Below the pieces are notes generated by a model. The model was not told the DNA's origin. It saw only the letters and a program-made list of their open reading frames with translations, and did no database searches. 64,000 nucleotides of DNA from Lytechinus pictus (taxonomy: Eukaryota): positions 13,456,001-13,520,000 of the forward strand of contig NC_087263.1 in assembly GCF_037042905.1 (NCBI RefSeq), given 5' to 3'. The position numbers and the translations under genes were made by a program. Each line of letters starts with the position of its first letter. The stretch's first letter is position 1. This document shows positions 13,331-26,893 of this stretch, piece after piece.

Positions 13331-14883
13331 GTAAGTGTTTTGGGAGGCAACTTCTTTAATTAAAATACTTTAAAGTGTCTTTAACATGTTTAATCATGTT
13401 AATGTTAGATTTTGTAAGCGTTAAAGAAATATGATAAGAAACAATGATCGAATAATCGATTTGAATATGCCTTCAGATTATTTTTTGCCATAATACAAAA
13501 AAAATACAATAATAGTTTTTTCCCTGGTAAATAATACTAATTGTAATCAACATCTTTGAAAAGTGGTAAAATTGATTAGAACTTACTATTTGAAATAAAA
13601 AAGTTGAGAATATCTTTTTTTTAGATTGCTTTATCTGACTGTGAGCGAACAAATCTGATATGTAAAATTTTAAAGACTATCTATAATGTTGATGTTCCAC
13701 ATTATGCTTCTATCATCATTCCAGTTAATTGTACGATTTTATGAAAATCTGTGCCTTTAAACGGTAATGAAATTAAAGATACAGAATAAAGCTGTGTTTT
13801 ATTGCGTAAATTTACCGCTGTTACACCAAAGTAGAGCATCTGTGTATTATTTTCTGCCTTCTTTATGGAACCTATATTCTCAAGCATGTAATTGGCTAAC
13901 AAATTCAAGAAAGCTGAAGAAGCTTTCTTCAGTATATCAAATTACTAAATTTGTAGATTAAGTGCTCAAATGGCTATTAATCATACAAAATAAAGCGTTA
14001 CCGAGAGTACCAAATTGTAGCTGTTGAAAATGGCAATTTTGAATAATAACGGTTGAAAAGGTACACAATGAACCACTTCACTTTTCAAAAACTTGGATTG
14101 TGAGATTATACTCGAGTTAAGTTTTACATTATCTAACCTTTACCAAAAGCTTTTAATGGGTTTTTAACGGGTTAAACCAACTTCCTAAAACTGTTATGAC
14201 CCCTTTTTTAACGAGAAGGGTTAAAAGATGAAATAATCCGAGCAGTTTTATGTACTACGATTTGATGGAACTCATGTTGTGCCTCCCAAGGTAGTATTTA
14301 TACAGTAATTGAAATTGTTGCTTAGTGTAAACTTTTAGCCTACGGAAGACAAGACAAGTAACGAATGGCTGTGAAAATGTTTTTATTTTCAGAGAGGGAT
14401 AGAGAGAGGGGGGGGGGGGGTGAGAAAGAAAAACTTTGATTAGACCCTGTCTAAAACTTCTGTAAATAGTCAGTAAGTTAAATTAGACTAGAGTTTCATC
14501 CAACATGCCAACATTACAAAGGTAGACTCGTCACTGAATGTGTTTCACCCGTTAGAGTTTGAATTGGGAATCTAGCGCCCGCTATATCGGCAATGTATTT
14601 CGTTTTATTCAACATTGCTTCTTGAGCTCTTTCTCATGCAGATAGAAAGCTATCGACCGAAATTATTCTGACATTTTAAGCCCCTTGCATGCTTGAGAAA
14701 AGAATTGATATAAACAAGACACACACGCATATATTCCATTTTGATTGGGCACTCGATGAAATAATTTTTTAAATGTAAAATCGGTAAATTGATCCAGGAT
14801 TGACTGACTGATCCATCCAATAAAACAATTTTTCTAGCTTATATTCGTCACACCATAACCGTCTTAAGGCACACGCATATATA

Positions 14884-15495
14884 CAGCGCGTCCCAGAAAA
14901 AACGAAACCGAGATTAAGCGATGATTTATCATAACTTAGTCACAAATACAATAGACAAATGACCTACCATTGTAAAGCTTAGAATCTCCTCTTTCATCTG
15001 AAATTACTTAGAATATTTCTCATTCAAACATGAGTGAGTAAAAACAGTTTGAAGAGGGGATACCAAAAAGTCATTTGGCGGGCTGTATCTGGGTTTCAAA
15101 AAGAAACCATGCGATAGCTTCTGTGTGAAACCGGTGAAACACGTTTATTCAATGAAATTGTGGAAATACAAGCATTGTTTCGAGGGAACATAACTTTTTT
15201 ACTTCTTGACAATTTTTTGTGATTAAGGTATCAAATAAAAGAACAGATATTGACCTTTTTAGGCATGTGATTTTCTTCTTGAAATTCAGATACCCCCCGC
15301 CAAATGAGTTTTTTGTATCCTTTGTTCAAATTGTTTTTGCTCAATCATGCGTGAATGAGGAATAATCTAAGTAACATCAGATGAAAGAGGAGATTCTAAG
15401 CTTTACATTGGTAGGTCATTTGTCTATTGTATTTGTGATTAGGTTATGATAAATCATCGCTTAATCTCGGTTTCGTTTTTTTCTGGGACGCACTG
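14884..15495. mobile_element. Tc1/mariner-type MITE with ~220-bp TIRs
   Basis: TA|CAGCGCGTCCCAGAAAAAACGAAACCGAGATTAAGCG ... CGCTTAATCTCGGTTTCGTTTTTTTCTGGGACGCACTG|TA. Confidence 0.9.
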
Positions 15496-16249
15496 TATAG
15501 ACCTAATCTAATAATAGATAATAGAAATAGTGACATGCATTTACCCTTTTTTTAAGGGGGGGGGGGGTGGGCTACCAAAACTAAAAATAGGCTTCATTCG
15601 TCATCATATCCTAAATTGATTAAATCGTGTATCATAATTGGTTCAAACAAAATAATGAGACTAAATGTATTAACTATTAAAAAAAAAATACTTAGCATAA
15701 ATGTATGATACGTATGTGCCGCAGTTGAGACCCCCATTTTCAGCCTAAATTTCGGTTCCAGAGCATCACCAATTAAGAAAGCCATAGAAGTTCCTATTTT
15801 TCCCCCGTTCCAGAAACCCTCAAATTCGTGATTTCCCATTCCAGTGCACGCCAATCATGAACTACTAGTACTCAGCCGGTCGGAGCGGTGAGCTCGATCG
15901 GCGCAGAGCCATAGCGCCGGGCCGCCGAAGCTCCCCGTATCCGCAGCTAGTTTGCGCTAGCCCGATATGAATCTAGCAAGACACGCGTGCGTTTTTTTTA
16001 CGTAGCCGCTACTACACGACACCTTCGACCTAATGAATTCCGGAGACCCCCTTTTTTGATGTGTTCAGTTCCAGAGCATTGCATTTTTTGCAATCGTTGA
16101 TCCAAGAGCCTTTTCAAACCAATATTTAGTTCCAGAGCCCCCGACCCTCTACTTTGGCGCGGCACATAGGCATCATGTTATAATTTGAGTACCCCCCCCC
16201 CTTGGGGACTTTTGTTCAGATTTTTTTTTTTAAACAACAAGTGCACACC

Positions 16250-16414
16250 AAGTTACCAATAATGCCTATAGCATTTCCGTTTATTTGAAAGCAGGATAAA
16301 AGAGCATTGCGCATTAAATGCCTTGCTCACTGGCATAGGTGCCGCGGCCGGGATCGAACTCCGGACTTTTTTATGTAGAGCCAGGCGCCTTAGACCACTC
16401 GGCCACGGCACCTC
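16250..16414 (-). mobile_element. tRNA-derived SINE
   Basis: Minus-strand A box TGGCCGAGTGG and B box GAGTTCGATCC followed by a non-tRNA body. Confidence 0.7.
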
Positions 16415-16690
16415 CACAGATTGGAGATGAATCAACGATGACCAGAACATCCAGATTTATCGTTCTTACTTCAAAAGTATAGGATATAAAAACAAAATAT
16501 ATGAGGCGTTCGAAAGTGTATCGGGAATTACTGAGCCTCGGTTGGACTGAAAATACCACTATTTATTTTTCTTGGAGCTTTGCCCCTTGGTCAAAATGGT
16601 AATTAGCCCTACCAGGCAAGCCGAGAACGAATAATTCCCTCTTGACATTCTCATATACCATGTATCTGTGTTTATGTCATTTCTCTGCAG

Positions 16691-16902
16691 GCTACGAGCA
16701 GATTACCAGTCGCATGTCTAGTGAACAGTCAGTGTTCTATGGCACCCAGACGATTACTAATAACGGTAATGCCCGTTACCAAACTGAGCTTGCTTCACCT
16801 GACGAATACGCCCTCAACAATGGCTTTGTTGCAGATGCTTGCAATCTTCCAACCTCATACGATTATGATTCATACATGTCATTCCTTGATTCGTGGGGAA
16901 CG
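16691..16902 (+). CDS. MACPF-ApeC exon 3 (MACPF core)
   Basis: ctctgcAG| YEQITSR...FVADACNLPTSYDYDSYMSFLDSWGT |GTAAGT; phase 1-0. Confidence 0.92.
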
Positions 16903-17314
16903 GTAAGTAAACATCGTTTGATTCTAAGACCAAGTTAATAAACTAATGAAAAAAAATGACAATTCCCAATAATTTGTACGTCAAAGAGCTTTTCCAAGAG
17001 CAGTCCATTGATCTGACGCTGACCTGAATAAGCCGGAATTTCGTAATTGTAGACTTTTTTTATACATCTATGAATTTTAGTTAGTTACCTTATTCTTTAT
17101 TGATGTTTCTATGTATTTATTTCATCAATTTGTACTTATCCATTCTTTTTATTACATTGGTTTATTTTTGCTTTTATCATTTTTATTTTTATTATCATGA
17201 TCAATATCATTTTATTTTTTTTTCATGAAAAAACAATTTATTATTTCATTTTTGATTGTATTCATGTACTTTTTTAAAATCAATATTCATTTCTCTTTTT
17301 CACCTCTTGTTTCA

Positions 17315-17345
<31 letters not shown>

Positions 17346-18019
17346 GGGGGGGGGGGGAAGGTCTGGGCTGGCAAGTTTTCGATATAAAACCATCACCAAT
17401 AGTAACTCTTTTCAGCATCGTTCCAGAACGTCTAGAAATGTTATCATTTCAGAGTCGTCCAACTCTCTTGTGAAATCTAATAAACGATAAAAAGGTCTAA
17501 TAGTCTGTTTTTCTAAAGTTGTAAAGTTTCGCAATGTTCCAAATGCGCAAGTAACTAGTAACTAGCAAAATAACAGTCTAATCCGTTTTTCCTGGGACCA
17601 TAACATTTAGTCCTCTATAAAAACTCGAAAATGTCGAATTATCGGATATTCATTACATGTTTGCATAATTTGTTAAAAAGTGCTCTTCGACTGAGGAGAT
17701 TATCTGACTTTTGTAACACTCTTTGAAGAAGGTTCTCATATAGTTCGCTGCTTGTCCTGTATTTGGAATCTTTAAAGGCTCCATATGGGCCCATCTTAAA
17801 GAACCACTTTAAACACGTTTGGTCCTTTGTAAAACCTTTTACGATTCTTGAGCACATAAAATAAACCTTTTTCTGTGAACCGTTATTCTCGAGGGTGCCG
17901 AATTTAGAACAAAAGGGTTAAACAAAATGGGTACGAATTGGAATTTACAATTTGCACCCATTTTGCTGAGAGTGAAGGTTTACTATAAATGCTGATGTTT
18001 ATTTTTCATCCATTAATAG

Positions 18020-18109
18020 CACGTTGTAATTGAAGTGGATCTTGGAGTGAGGACAGGAACCAACTACGAGGAGTCAAGAACTACTTTTGTAGAATACGCT
18101 TCGGAACAT
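18020..18109 (+). CDS. MACPF-ApeC exon 4
   Basis: taatAG| HVVIEVDLGVRTGTNYEESRTTFVEYASEH |GTAACT; phase 0-0; completes the MACPF WGT-H signature; not in the ORF track. Confidence 0.88.
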
Positions 18110-18807
18110 GTAACTTTCTCTTTCATTTTTTAAAACTATAATGTAACATAAAATGTGGCCAGCCATCCCCAAACCATTAATAATTCACCAGGGAAGTTCC
18201 ATGAAAATAGGAAAAATAATAACTTTCTCTTCAAAAAGTAAACAATAAAAACAATATAGCGAATTCGTTTATCTTAAATAATTCTTCTTGTTGGTGTTGT
18301 CAAAATTTTAAGTTGTAAAAGCAAATAAACGACGAAACACAAGTTTCGTGCACCCCTTTTTTATTTAAATTTATGCAATGGGGCGCTGTTACCTGGTTAC
18401 GACATTCGCGATTTTGTAACAATGCCCCAATTCTACACTATTTCCAATCGGAACACACGTCAAAACTTCAACAATAACAACAAAAACAGAAACATAAAAT
18501 ATAAGATTATTCTCTAATTGCAAAAAACTAATCTAGTCCCTAATCGCACTCCTCTTGGAGTGATATACTAGGGACCAGTGCTTTATGACTCGTTTTGGAG
18601 TGAAGTGCAATAAGAGATACATGTAGTCATAATGCTCTCAGAAAAGATGTACAGTTCACTCCGAAGGGATTTGGTCCCTACTAGCACTCCAATGGGATTG
18701 TAAATAGGGACTACTGAGATTAGCTCTTGCATTTAGAGAGTGTGATACGAAAAAGAGGGGGGGGGTTGTTTCAACTGACTGAAACTAGGAAATACCTTTC
18801 TACACAG

Positions 18808-18958
18808 GTTGGTGCAAGTCTGAGTGCTTCGGGTTCGTACAAAGGTTTCAGCGCCTCTCTGACTGTCAACGTGGACACCTTCGACAGTGGACTGCAGAGC
18901 GGGGACAGCTTCGGAAGTACTTACACATCCTACACGGTTGGTAGTGCGAACATGCATG
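18808..18958 (+). CDS. MACPF-ApeC exon 5 (second TMH-like region)
   Basis: tacacAG| VGASLSASGSYKGFSASLTVNVDTF...TVGSANMH G|GTAAGA; phase 0-1. Confidence 0.9.
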
Positions 18959-19159
18959 GTAAGAAATGTACCGGTATGTTTTCCTTTGAGAGACGAAGTT
19001 AACATTGTCAAATAAAAGATTATTACTATTTATTTCAAGAGTTCACATTCTTTAATTTAAACAAATGGTATGAAGCGAGCTTTACACGGTTGATTGTGAG
19101 TACATGGATGATAAGACATTCAATGGGATAAAGAAGGGAATTAGGAAGGTGAAATTGTT

Positions 19160-19335
19160 GTTGGTGATGATAGTGATGGCTGTGATGGTGATGACGATGG
19201 CGGTAGTGGTGACGATGATATTGATGATAGTAAAAGTAATGATTGTGGAACAGATGACGATGATAGTGATTATTGTAATGGTATTGGTGGCGATGGTGAT
19301 GATTGTGGTTACCACCACTACTAATACTACTACTG

Positions 19336-19380
<45 letters not shown>

Positions 19381-19407
19381 ATACTACTACTTCTACTACT
19401 ACTACTT

Positions 19408-19466
<59 letters not shown>

Positions 19467-19467
19467 G

Positions 19468-19538
<71 letters not shown>

Positions 19539-19707
19539 GCTACTACTGCTACTACTTCTACTACTAATACTGCTACTACTACTGCTACTACTACTACTGC
19601 TACTACTACTATTACTACTACTACTACCACTACTACCACTGCTACTACTACTACTGCTACTACTACTACTACTACTACTACTACTATTACTACTACTACC
19701 ACTACTT

Positions 19708-19748
<41 letters not shown>

Positions 19749-19858
19749 GCTATACTAATACTATACTACTACTACTTCTTCTTCTACTAATACATGTATT
19801 ACTACTACCACTACTACGACGACGACGACTACTACTACTACCACTTCTACTACTACTT

Positions 19859-19909
<51 letters not shown>

Positions 19910-19931
19910 ACTACTAGTACTACTTCTTCTT

Positions 19932-19963
<32 letters not shown>

Positions 19964-20016
19964 GCTACTACTACTACTACCACCACTGCTACCAATTCTA
20001 CTATTACTACTACTAG
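19160..20016. repeat. Compound microsatellite: degenerate (GAT/GGT)n then ~700 bp (ACT)n
   Basis: Directly visible; produces spurious poly-T/V/L/Y ORFs. Confidence 0.95.
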
Positions 20017-20094
20017 CAGGGGCGTCGATCCATTTTTCAGATTGGGGGGGCGAAATCATTAACGTTCCAAAGGCGCTCGATCGTACAAAACACC

Positions 20095-20155
<61 letters not shown>

Positions 20156-20162
20156 TATATAT

Positions 20163-20212
<50 letters not shown>

Positions 20213-20831
20213 CTATATATATGTATGACTCATGAGACACAGACACGTATCTCACTACACAGATAGTACGAGTGCCGAGAGTGAGCTCAAATTTCTTTAT
20301 ATTCTGAGCTGAAAACTTGATATTCCAAGCATTTTTGGTACCAATGATTAAGATTTGTATCTAAAAGAGAATAGATGCGAGCGCGAAGCGCGAGCTGAAA
20401 ATTTTGATATTTCGATCTGAAAAAATGACAGTTTACTGGACGTTTTTGATAAAGAACAAGCTATATATCCAAGAAAAGATGATTGCAAATTGAAGCAGTT
20501 CTTATGAGGCTTAGAACTGAAAATGGGACATTTACATTCACCAATTTAATCATGAAAAGTATGGGTTTTTGCTACAGAAATGATGCGAGCGCGAAGCGCG
20601 AGCTGAAATTTTTATATTCCAATCTGAAAAGCGGACATTTTGAGCACGATTTTAAATAAAGAACGAGTTGTGTATCTCAATCTCGCTTGCTGAACATTAC
20701 AATCTTGTTTTTTTTTAATGCATATCCGGAATTATTGGGGGGGGGGGGCAAAATGATATGTTTGCCCCCCCCAATATTTTCATTGGTGGGGCGATCGCCC
20801 CCCCTGCCCCCCCCCAGGATCGACGCCTCTG
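20017..20831. mobile_element. hAT-type MITE with 8-bp TSD, containing (CA)n/(TA)n
   Basis: TIR CAGGGGCGTCGATCC / GGATCGACGCCTCTG; TSD ACTACTAG at 20009-20016 and 20832-20839. Confidence 0.88.
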
Positions 20832-21378
20832 ACTACTAGTAACACTACAAGGTCTACTGCACTTGGTCTAATACACAATTATTGATTAATTGTTATTCCA
20901 AGTTTGATTGCCCAACCGCATTTGATCAACTGATCATCTACACTTAAAAAAAAAAAAAAATCCGGCAGTAGAGTCTCGAGAACACCTGTAATCTTACTGC
21001 ACTTTGTAATCTTACCTGAATTTGTGTAAAATTACAGAAAATTGGTATTTGGTGTTTTATTGTAATAAAACTTGTTCCCCCTTTTTTAAACAGACCTGTT
21101 CTGTTAGAAAAAATTGTAGAAAACATTTTCCTGTTATAAAAATTTACAGAATAATTTGTTTATTTTTTCTGTAAAATCTGTTTTTAATTGTTCTTCTGTA
21201 AAATATTTTGTTTTTTTTCTAACATTGTAGCCATTTAGACTAAATGGCGTTAGAACAAGAGGTGTTAGACCAAGAGGGTTTTAGGCAAAATTGGGATAGC
21301 CTAATTGGAAATAAGACAAAATTTTGACTGAAACTAAGGACTAGTAAACAAGCTTGATGTAACCATGTAGGATAACAC

Positions 21379-21887
21379 CAGGGTTTGGCTCAATTACTTT
21401 CTTCAATTACAATTATAATTACGTAATTGCAAAAAAAATGTTCAATTACATTACTTTTTAAAAAGTACATTTACCCATTACTTTTGTCAATTAAAATTTC
21501 AACTACTTTCTATAAAATTCATGAATGAAACCAATTGTTATTCTGTATGAACATGTAGCACCACCGTTTTTAACATAATTCAAAGTTACAGAAAAACTTA
21601 CATGATGCAGGTTTAGGTTAAAGAGCACGGACTATTCTCATTACTTTATTTGATGCTGAAGCAGTTGAAATGGAAAAGGTCATGAAATAAAATTATGAAA
21701 TGAAATCATGAATTAACTAAAGTAAGTTTATTGTGATTAATGTAAAGTAATTGACAGTAATTAAAAGTAATTGAAGTCAATTACATTTTTTTTCAATTAC
21801 AATTACAATTACTTCCCATTTAAAAAATTTCAATTACAATTACTCAAAAAATGTAGTTAATAACGTTATTTATCGTGCCCAACCCTC
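21379..21887. mobile_element. hAT-type MITE with CAATTAC subterminal repeats
   Basis: CAGGGTTTGGC ... GCCCAACCCTC; TSD GATAACAC at 21371-21378 and 21888-21895. Confidence 0.8.
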
Positions 21888-22006
21888 GATAACACCAAAC
21901 CTAAAGTAGTCTTCGTGGGTGCAGAGCAATCGGTAATTTACCGGTTAGATGTAAATATAAATTGTAACATATCGTTTCGCTGTAGTGACATTTTATTTAT
22001 TAATTG

Positions 22007-22727
22007 CAGGGGCGGATCCAGCCTTCGCCAATAAGGGGGGGGGGCGAATTTTTTTTCAGCCACATTCTCCCCGATCGGCCGCTCGAAGTTGATTTTTGTT
22101 TGTTTCTTTGGAGGGGTAGTCCTAACAGTCACTTCTAAGCTTTATTCTTAAAAATCAACATTAATATATCATAATCTCATAAGCCTTATTTAAATATAGC
22201 GAGCGCGAAGTGCGATAATTTTTTTGTAATGTATTTTGTCCTGAAATTTAAATATTCTGGGCAATGTTTGTGATCCTAAACGAGATGTGTATCCAACTAA
22301 ATAATTACTGCGAGCGCGATGCGCGAGCAGAAATTTCTAATATAGGCCTGCGTTTTGATCTGATCAAAAAAGGATGTAAAAACGGCTGCCTGCAGTTAGC
22401 CATGAAGACGTTACATATTTTAACAATCAAATAATGCGAGTAAATCAAACAAAATAATGGAAGTTCGATTTCCAGGATGAAATAAGTTTTGTAAATTAAC
22501 TCCATATTGACCAAGATATGTAAATCACCTAACAGGCAATGCGAGCGCGAAGCGCGAGCGAAAATTGTATATAGTGACATGAAAGAGTTTTACAATTATT
22601 TTCCAAGTCTTCTCCTCATCTTATTTTATTCACTCATCTTCCTCCTCTTGTGTTTCCCCTTCTTTTTTTTCTCCTTTCTTTCCCTTCTTTTATTTTCTTT
22701 CCCCCTCGCCCCCTGGATCCACCTATG
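22007..22727. mobile_element. hAT-like MITE (GCGAGCGCGAAGCGCGAGC family)
   Basis: Termini CAGGGGCGGATCCAG / CTGGATCCACCTATG; no clear TSD. Confidence 0.65.
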
Positions 22728-22835
22728 CATTGTGTCTATCGAAAGGATAAATGATATGGATAATCGTTGCCTAAAGACGATTAAGGTGACAACTGTGAAA
22801 ATAAAATATGTGCGTCCATCTGATCATCTTCACAG

Positions 22836-23021
22836 AACCCATCAAGGTTACATTGCTTGGAATGCACGAGGTATTCGCCGATAAGTACTGGACACTTCTG
22901 TCGACCTACATCAGCACCGGGTACTGCAGCAGCTCTTTCCATATAAACAGTGTACGAAGCAACTTGGTGACGGCTATGGAGAACTATGCCACCTACAAGA
23001 GTGTGGTTGCAAGAACAGCTG
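22836..23021 (+). CDS. MACPF-ApeC exon 6 (MACPF C-terminus)
   Basis: ttcacAG| (E)PIKVTLLGMHEVF...RSNLVTAMENYATYKSVVARTA G|GTAAAG; phase 1-1. Confidence 0.9.
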
Positions 23022-23392
23022 GTAAAGCCATACATATATTTCAAGCATTGATAACATATTCTACCTGGAGGGGGGGGGGGGGGGGTCATCGACCCTTTTT
23101 ATCGTCCGACAAGTTTCATTGTAGAGTGAGGTATAGTTACTATGGTAACTGGTGGATAAAATATAAAATCACAGGCGTGAAGGCGGCTTCAAAGCCGGCG
23201 TCAGAGGCGGCCTCAGACGCACGTGTAGCATGGCCCTGAGATGTAGGGTTAGGGTTGCAATAGGGTAAAGTGTTTAATGCAGGGTTGATGTTAGTCATTC
23301 GATTAGTGCGTGGAATTTTTTTCGCAATAGTAAATGTCATGGAACCCGAATTGCAATGAAAAAAAAAAACATTCACATAATACTGATTCGTA

Positions 23393-23813
23393 ATAACGTT
23401 ATGACCATACAGCAAAACACATAATATACCGGTGTGTAACCCCATTATTATTATTATTATTATTATTATCATTTTCGATTTATGTATTTATCATTTTTAT
23501 TTTTTGGGGGGAGTGGTGAATTGAAACTTTCACATGCGTCAAATAGGTCTATGCCTACTGTACAACTATTCAATGTTTATGAGTGCGATCGTTCCGAATA
23601 TTGCATAACGTTATGACCATACAGCAAAACACATAATATACCGGTGTGTAACCCCATTATTATTATTATTATTATTATCATTTTCGATATATGTATTTAT
23701 CATTTTTTTTTGGGGGGGAGTGGTGAATTGAAACTTGCACATGCGTCAAATAGGCCTATGCCTACTGTACAACTATTCAATGTTTATGAGTGCGATCTTT
23801 CCGAATATTGCAT
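23393..23813. repeat. Near-identical tandem duplication, ~212-bp unit x2
   Basis: ATAACGTTATGACCATACAGC starts at 23393 and 23605. Confidence 0.9.
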
Positions 23814-24156
23814 GAGCGTGCAAGTTGAAAATAGTATATTCAACGACTAGCAGCAAAGTTGAATAGACTTGCACCGAACATGCCGAATGTAATATTCGAA
23901 TGGTCGCACGAATAACAAAACATTGAATATATGTTTTATACACCACTTGTAGGCATAGGCAAACATAGACCAAATAAACAAAATAGAGGAAATGAAGAAA
24001 AGGACTAGATCTTTTTATGATTCTGCTCGGGCCATTCTCTCGTCTTTTATTTTTTTATTATTTTTTTTGATATACCTTAGCGTGGTGTTTGCAGCGCAGT
24101 GATGCGGGTACGCGCATGCAGGTAGGCGCAGATCACTACGCGCGTTGAGTTGTAAT

Positions 24157-26721
24157 CAACGAACGTAGAGGGCAGCAACACACAAATGTGTTGCTCTAAG
24201 GAAGGTCAACTCGATACGCGCATGCAGCTGAGCTGCGCGCATATTTTATTGTTCATGCCAACGAAATCAAATGCCGATCCAATACAACAACAAATTAGTA
24301 GCGATCAAGAAACGAATATGAAAGAATATGACTACAACAATATCAAAGATAACATTAAAAAATATGTTGAGGAATATACATACATATGAAAACATACTTT
24401 GATATTTAAAACTTTACAAATATAAGTATCAGGAAACTAAAATCATTGCCAAATCGGTGATTGTTGTTATCAGCGATTTCACCAGACGGCTGTATTAGGT
24501 GATTTGCGCCGAGACGATTTTGTGACCACTCGCAAAGCATTTCGGGATTGAATATAACCACCTTATTTTCTCTGAGCTCTTCGCTGAACCCATCATCACT
24601 CTATGCTTAAGCTACATTATGCTCCGTCGTCTGCTTAGATCTCAACCCCTAGTCTAGCACTGGTACTTGTTCTGCTAGGCGTCGAACAGCATATATCTGC
24701 AGCCCATAGGCCGTGACTCATTTATTTATTAGAACCGGCAGCAATGCCAATGGGTATTAAACAAACTTATTCACGTACATCGATCAGTAGTATGTTATTT
24801 CTTTTCACCATTTTCTCAAAAACTTATAAATTTAGAAATACATTCCAATCAGTAATAAGTGAAGTCTACATCTAACTTAGATCTTGATCATGTTGATCGA
24901 TAGACCAAAAGCTTCAGTCTCTGTATTTTGGTTGTTCACCGATGGAGATTATAGTAATATGTCAGAAATTGTTGAATATATCCCCAGAAACGACGATTAT
25001 TCCTGTCTAGTTGATCGATAGACCTAAGTCTAAAGATCTAACTTTATTAGTCTAACTAGACAAATGCTTTGACCAGTCTCGATCTGTTAAGATGTTGTTC
25101 CACACTGGATATCTAACTTTAAGTAGATCTAGAATAGATCTAGCACGACTTGTTGGTATGAGATAGTCTATGAAAAAATAAAAAGTAAAATAAAATAATA
25201 ATAAACTCAAAACAGACGGATTTCACACTGTCTATATATAGGACGCCTAAACCTAGACCATTTGAGGGTTGGTCCATGCAAGCTAACTTTGGTTCAATTA
25301 AGGCCAGTCTGCATGGGCTAGCCGCTCGGAGGTTATGATTTTTTTAGTCCGTTAAATGCCTACAGGGTAAATTCCTTGAGTCTAACTGTTAGATATAGAC
25401 GATTATATGGTTGACAAGTTACCGTTAGGCCTTAGCGTTGGACATAAAATCCTTGAAATTCACTTTAGAAAATGCATATAATCACGACAAGCTCAGTCAC
25501 TTTGCTATTTCGCTTTCGAAATTTCTCAAACAAAAATTACGCGTCCTGCCGGCCAAGCACAGGCCAGGCCCAGGAAAATTAAGAAATTGCAATATGGCAA
25601 ACAAATTATGTAAAAGTCTTTGAACATTGATTGCAGAGAATCAATGGTCAAATTAAGATATGGATGCTGTCTATCAAATCAACTTTCTGCCCAAAATCAG
25701 AAATTAAGATGGTCTAATCTAGCCCCCATCCCTAGTCCAGGCCTACCCTAACTTCAATACTAACTGGGTTAGGTCTAACGCAAAACGAAGATGGCACTCT
25801 GCCAAACGATGTAACATTGCAATCAGTTTCCATCAACTGGCTGATTTTTCTTAGAAATTATTGAAGAAAACCAGGGAAATGTGGATAGGTGGCCGTTTAT
25901 TTAAGCTTTAATTTGGCTTTGGAAGTTTGGTTGCTCAATCGTCCTTCGACGCAACGCAGCCTGGCTGTGCAGCTGCAGCGCAGCGCGCAGCCAATGCAAT
26001 GCATCCGATGCATGGGTTTTTTTTTTCGCCGTCCATAGTCTCGGACTCGAAGTTGAAATTTACCGGATTTCGGGGAAACAGCGCCTTTATTTCAGATTTA
26101 TAGATTTAAATAATTTAAATTTAAATAATTCGAATGAAATTGAAAATTTGAAATCTAACCTTGAACAATCATCGTTGATTAACATCAGCCCTGAAGCCAT
26201 TACACTTCAAATCAGGCCAGGCAAATTAGACGTCATTGTCTATGTTGCTAGAAGGTCTATGACGAGTCGCCTGAAGCCCCAGCGCATCATCAACGTCACT
26301 AGCTAGCTGCGCGACCGGCCCAGACTTGGCGCACCTAGGCCAGAAAAATGACCTCGATTATTACGGTGGTTGTCTATGCATTTATTAGTGGTGCAGCGAA
26401 ATTCAGCAGAAGAAAATAAGAAATAAGAGGTATCCTCGTCATAGACTTGATATTCCCAAATGAGGAAAAATATCAAAATCATGATAATTCAAGCTAAATA
26501 TTTTCTTCAAATATCAAAGTAATATTTTTAATATTTATAGCCAGAATCACCGATCTAATAATTGTTCCTTAAAAAATATTTGAAATTAACAATTGAAAAA
26601 AAAATCAACTCGACAAATTTCCCAAAACCCCACCTTATTTTTAGAGTGGTCACAAAATTCGAGCGGAGTTGACCTTCCTTAGAGCAACACGCTTGTGTGT
26701 TGCTGCCCTCTACGTTCGTTG
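24157..26721. mobile_element. 2.6-kb non-autonomous DNA transposon, ~57-bp TIR, 8-bp TSD (P/hAT-type)
   Basis: TIR CAACGAACGTAGAGGGCAGCAACACACAA...CTCTAAGGAAGGTCAACTC; TSD GTTGTAAT at 24149-24156 and 26722-26729; no recognisable transposase ORF. Confidence 0.88.
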
Positions 26722-26893
26722 GTTGTAATATATTGCACTGCATGCCGGCTCCCTTGCTCGAACATGCAATAGTCGATTATTGCACGGGTGTCATTGTGTT
26801 TGCGTGCTATAGCTGATTCCTCTGAATGTCATGTGAAACATTCACCCAATCAACTGTCAAAAGTGTATTCATGTTTTCTACAAAAAACATTAA

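Noticed and set aside
19082..20255. Long ORFs (poly-Thr mucin-like, poly-Val, poly-Leu, poly-Tyr)
   Set aside because: They are translations of microsatellites; the MACPF-ApeC exons 5 and 6 splice in phase without them
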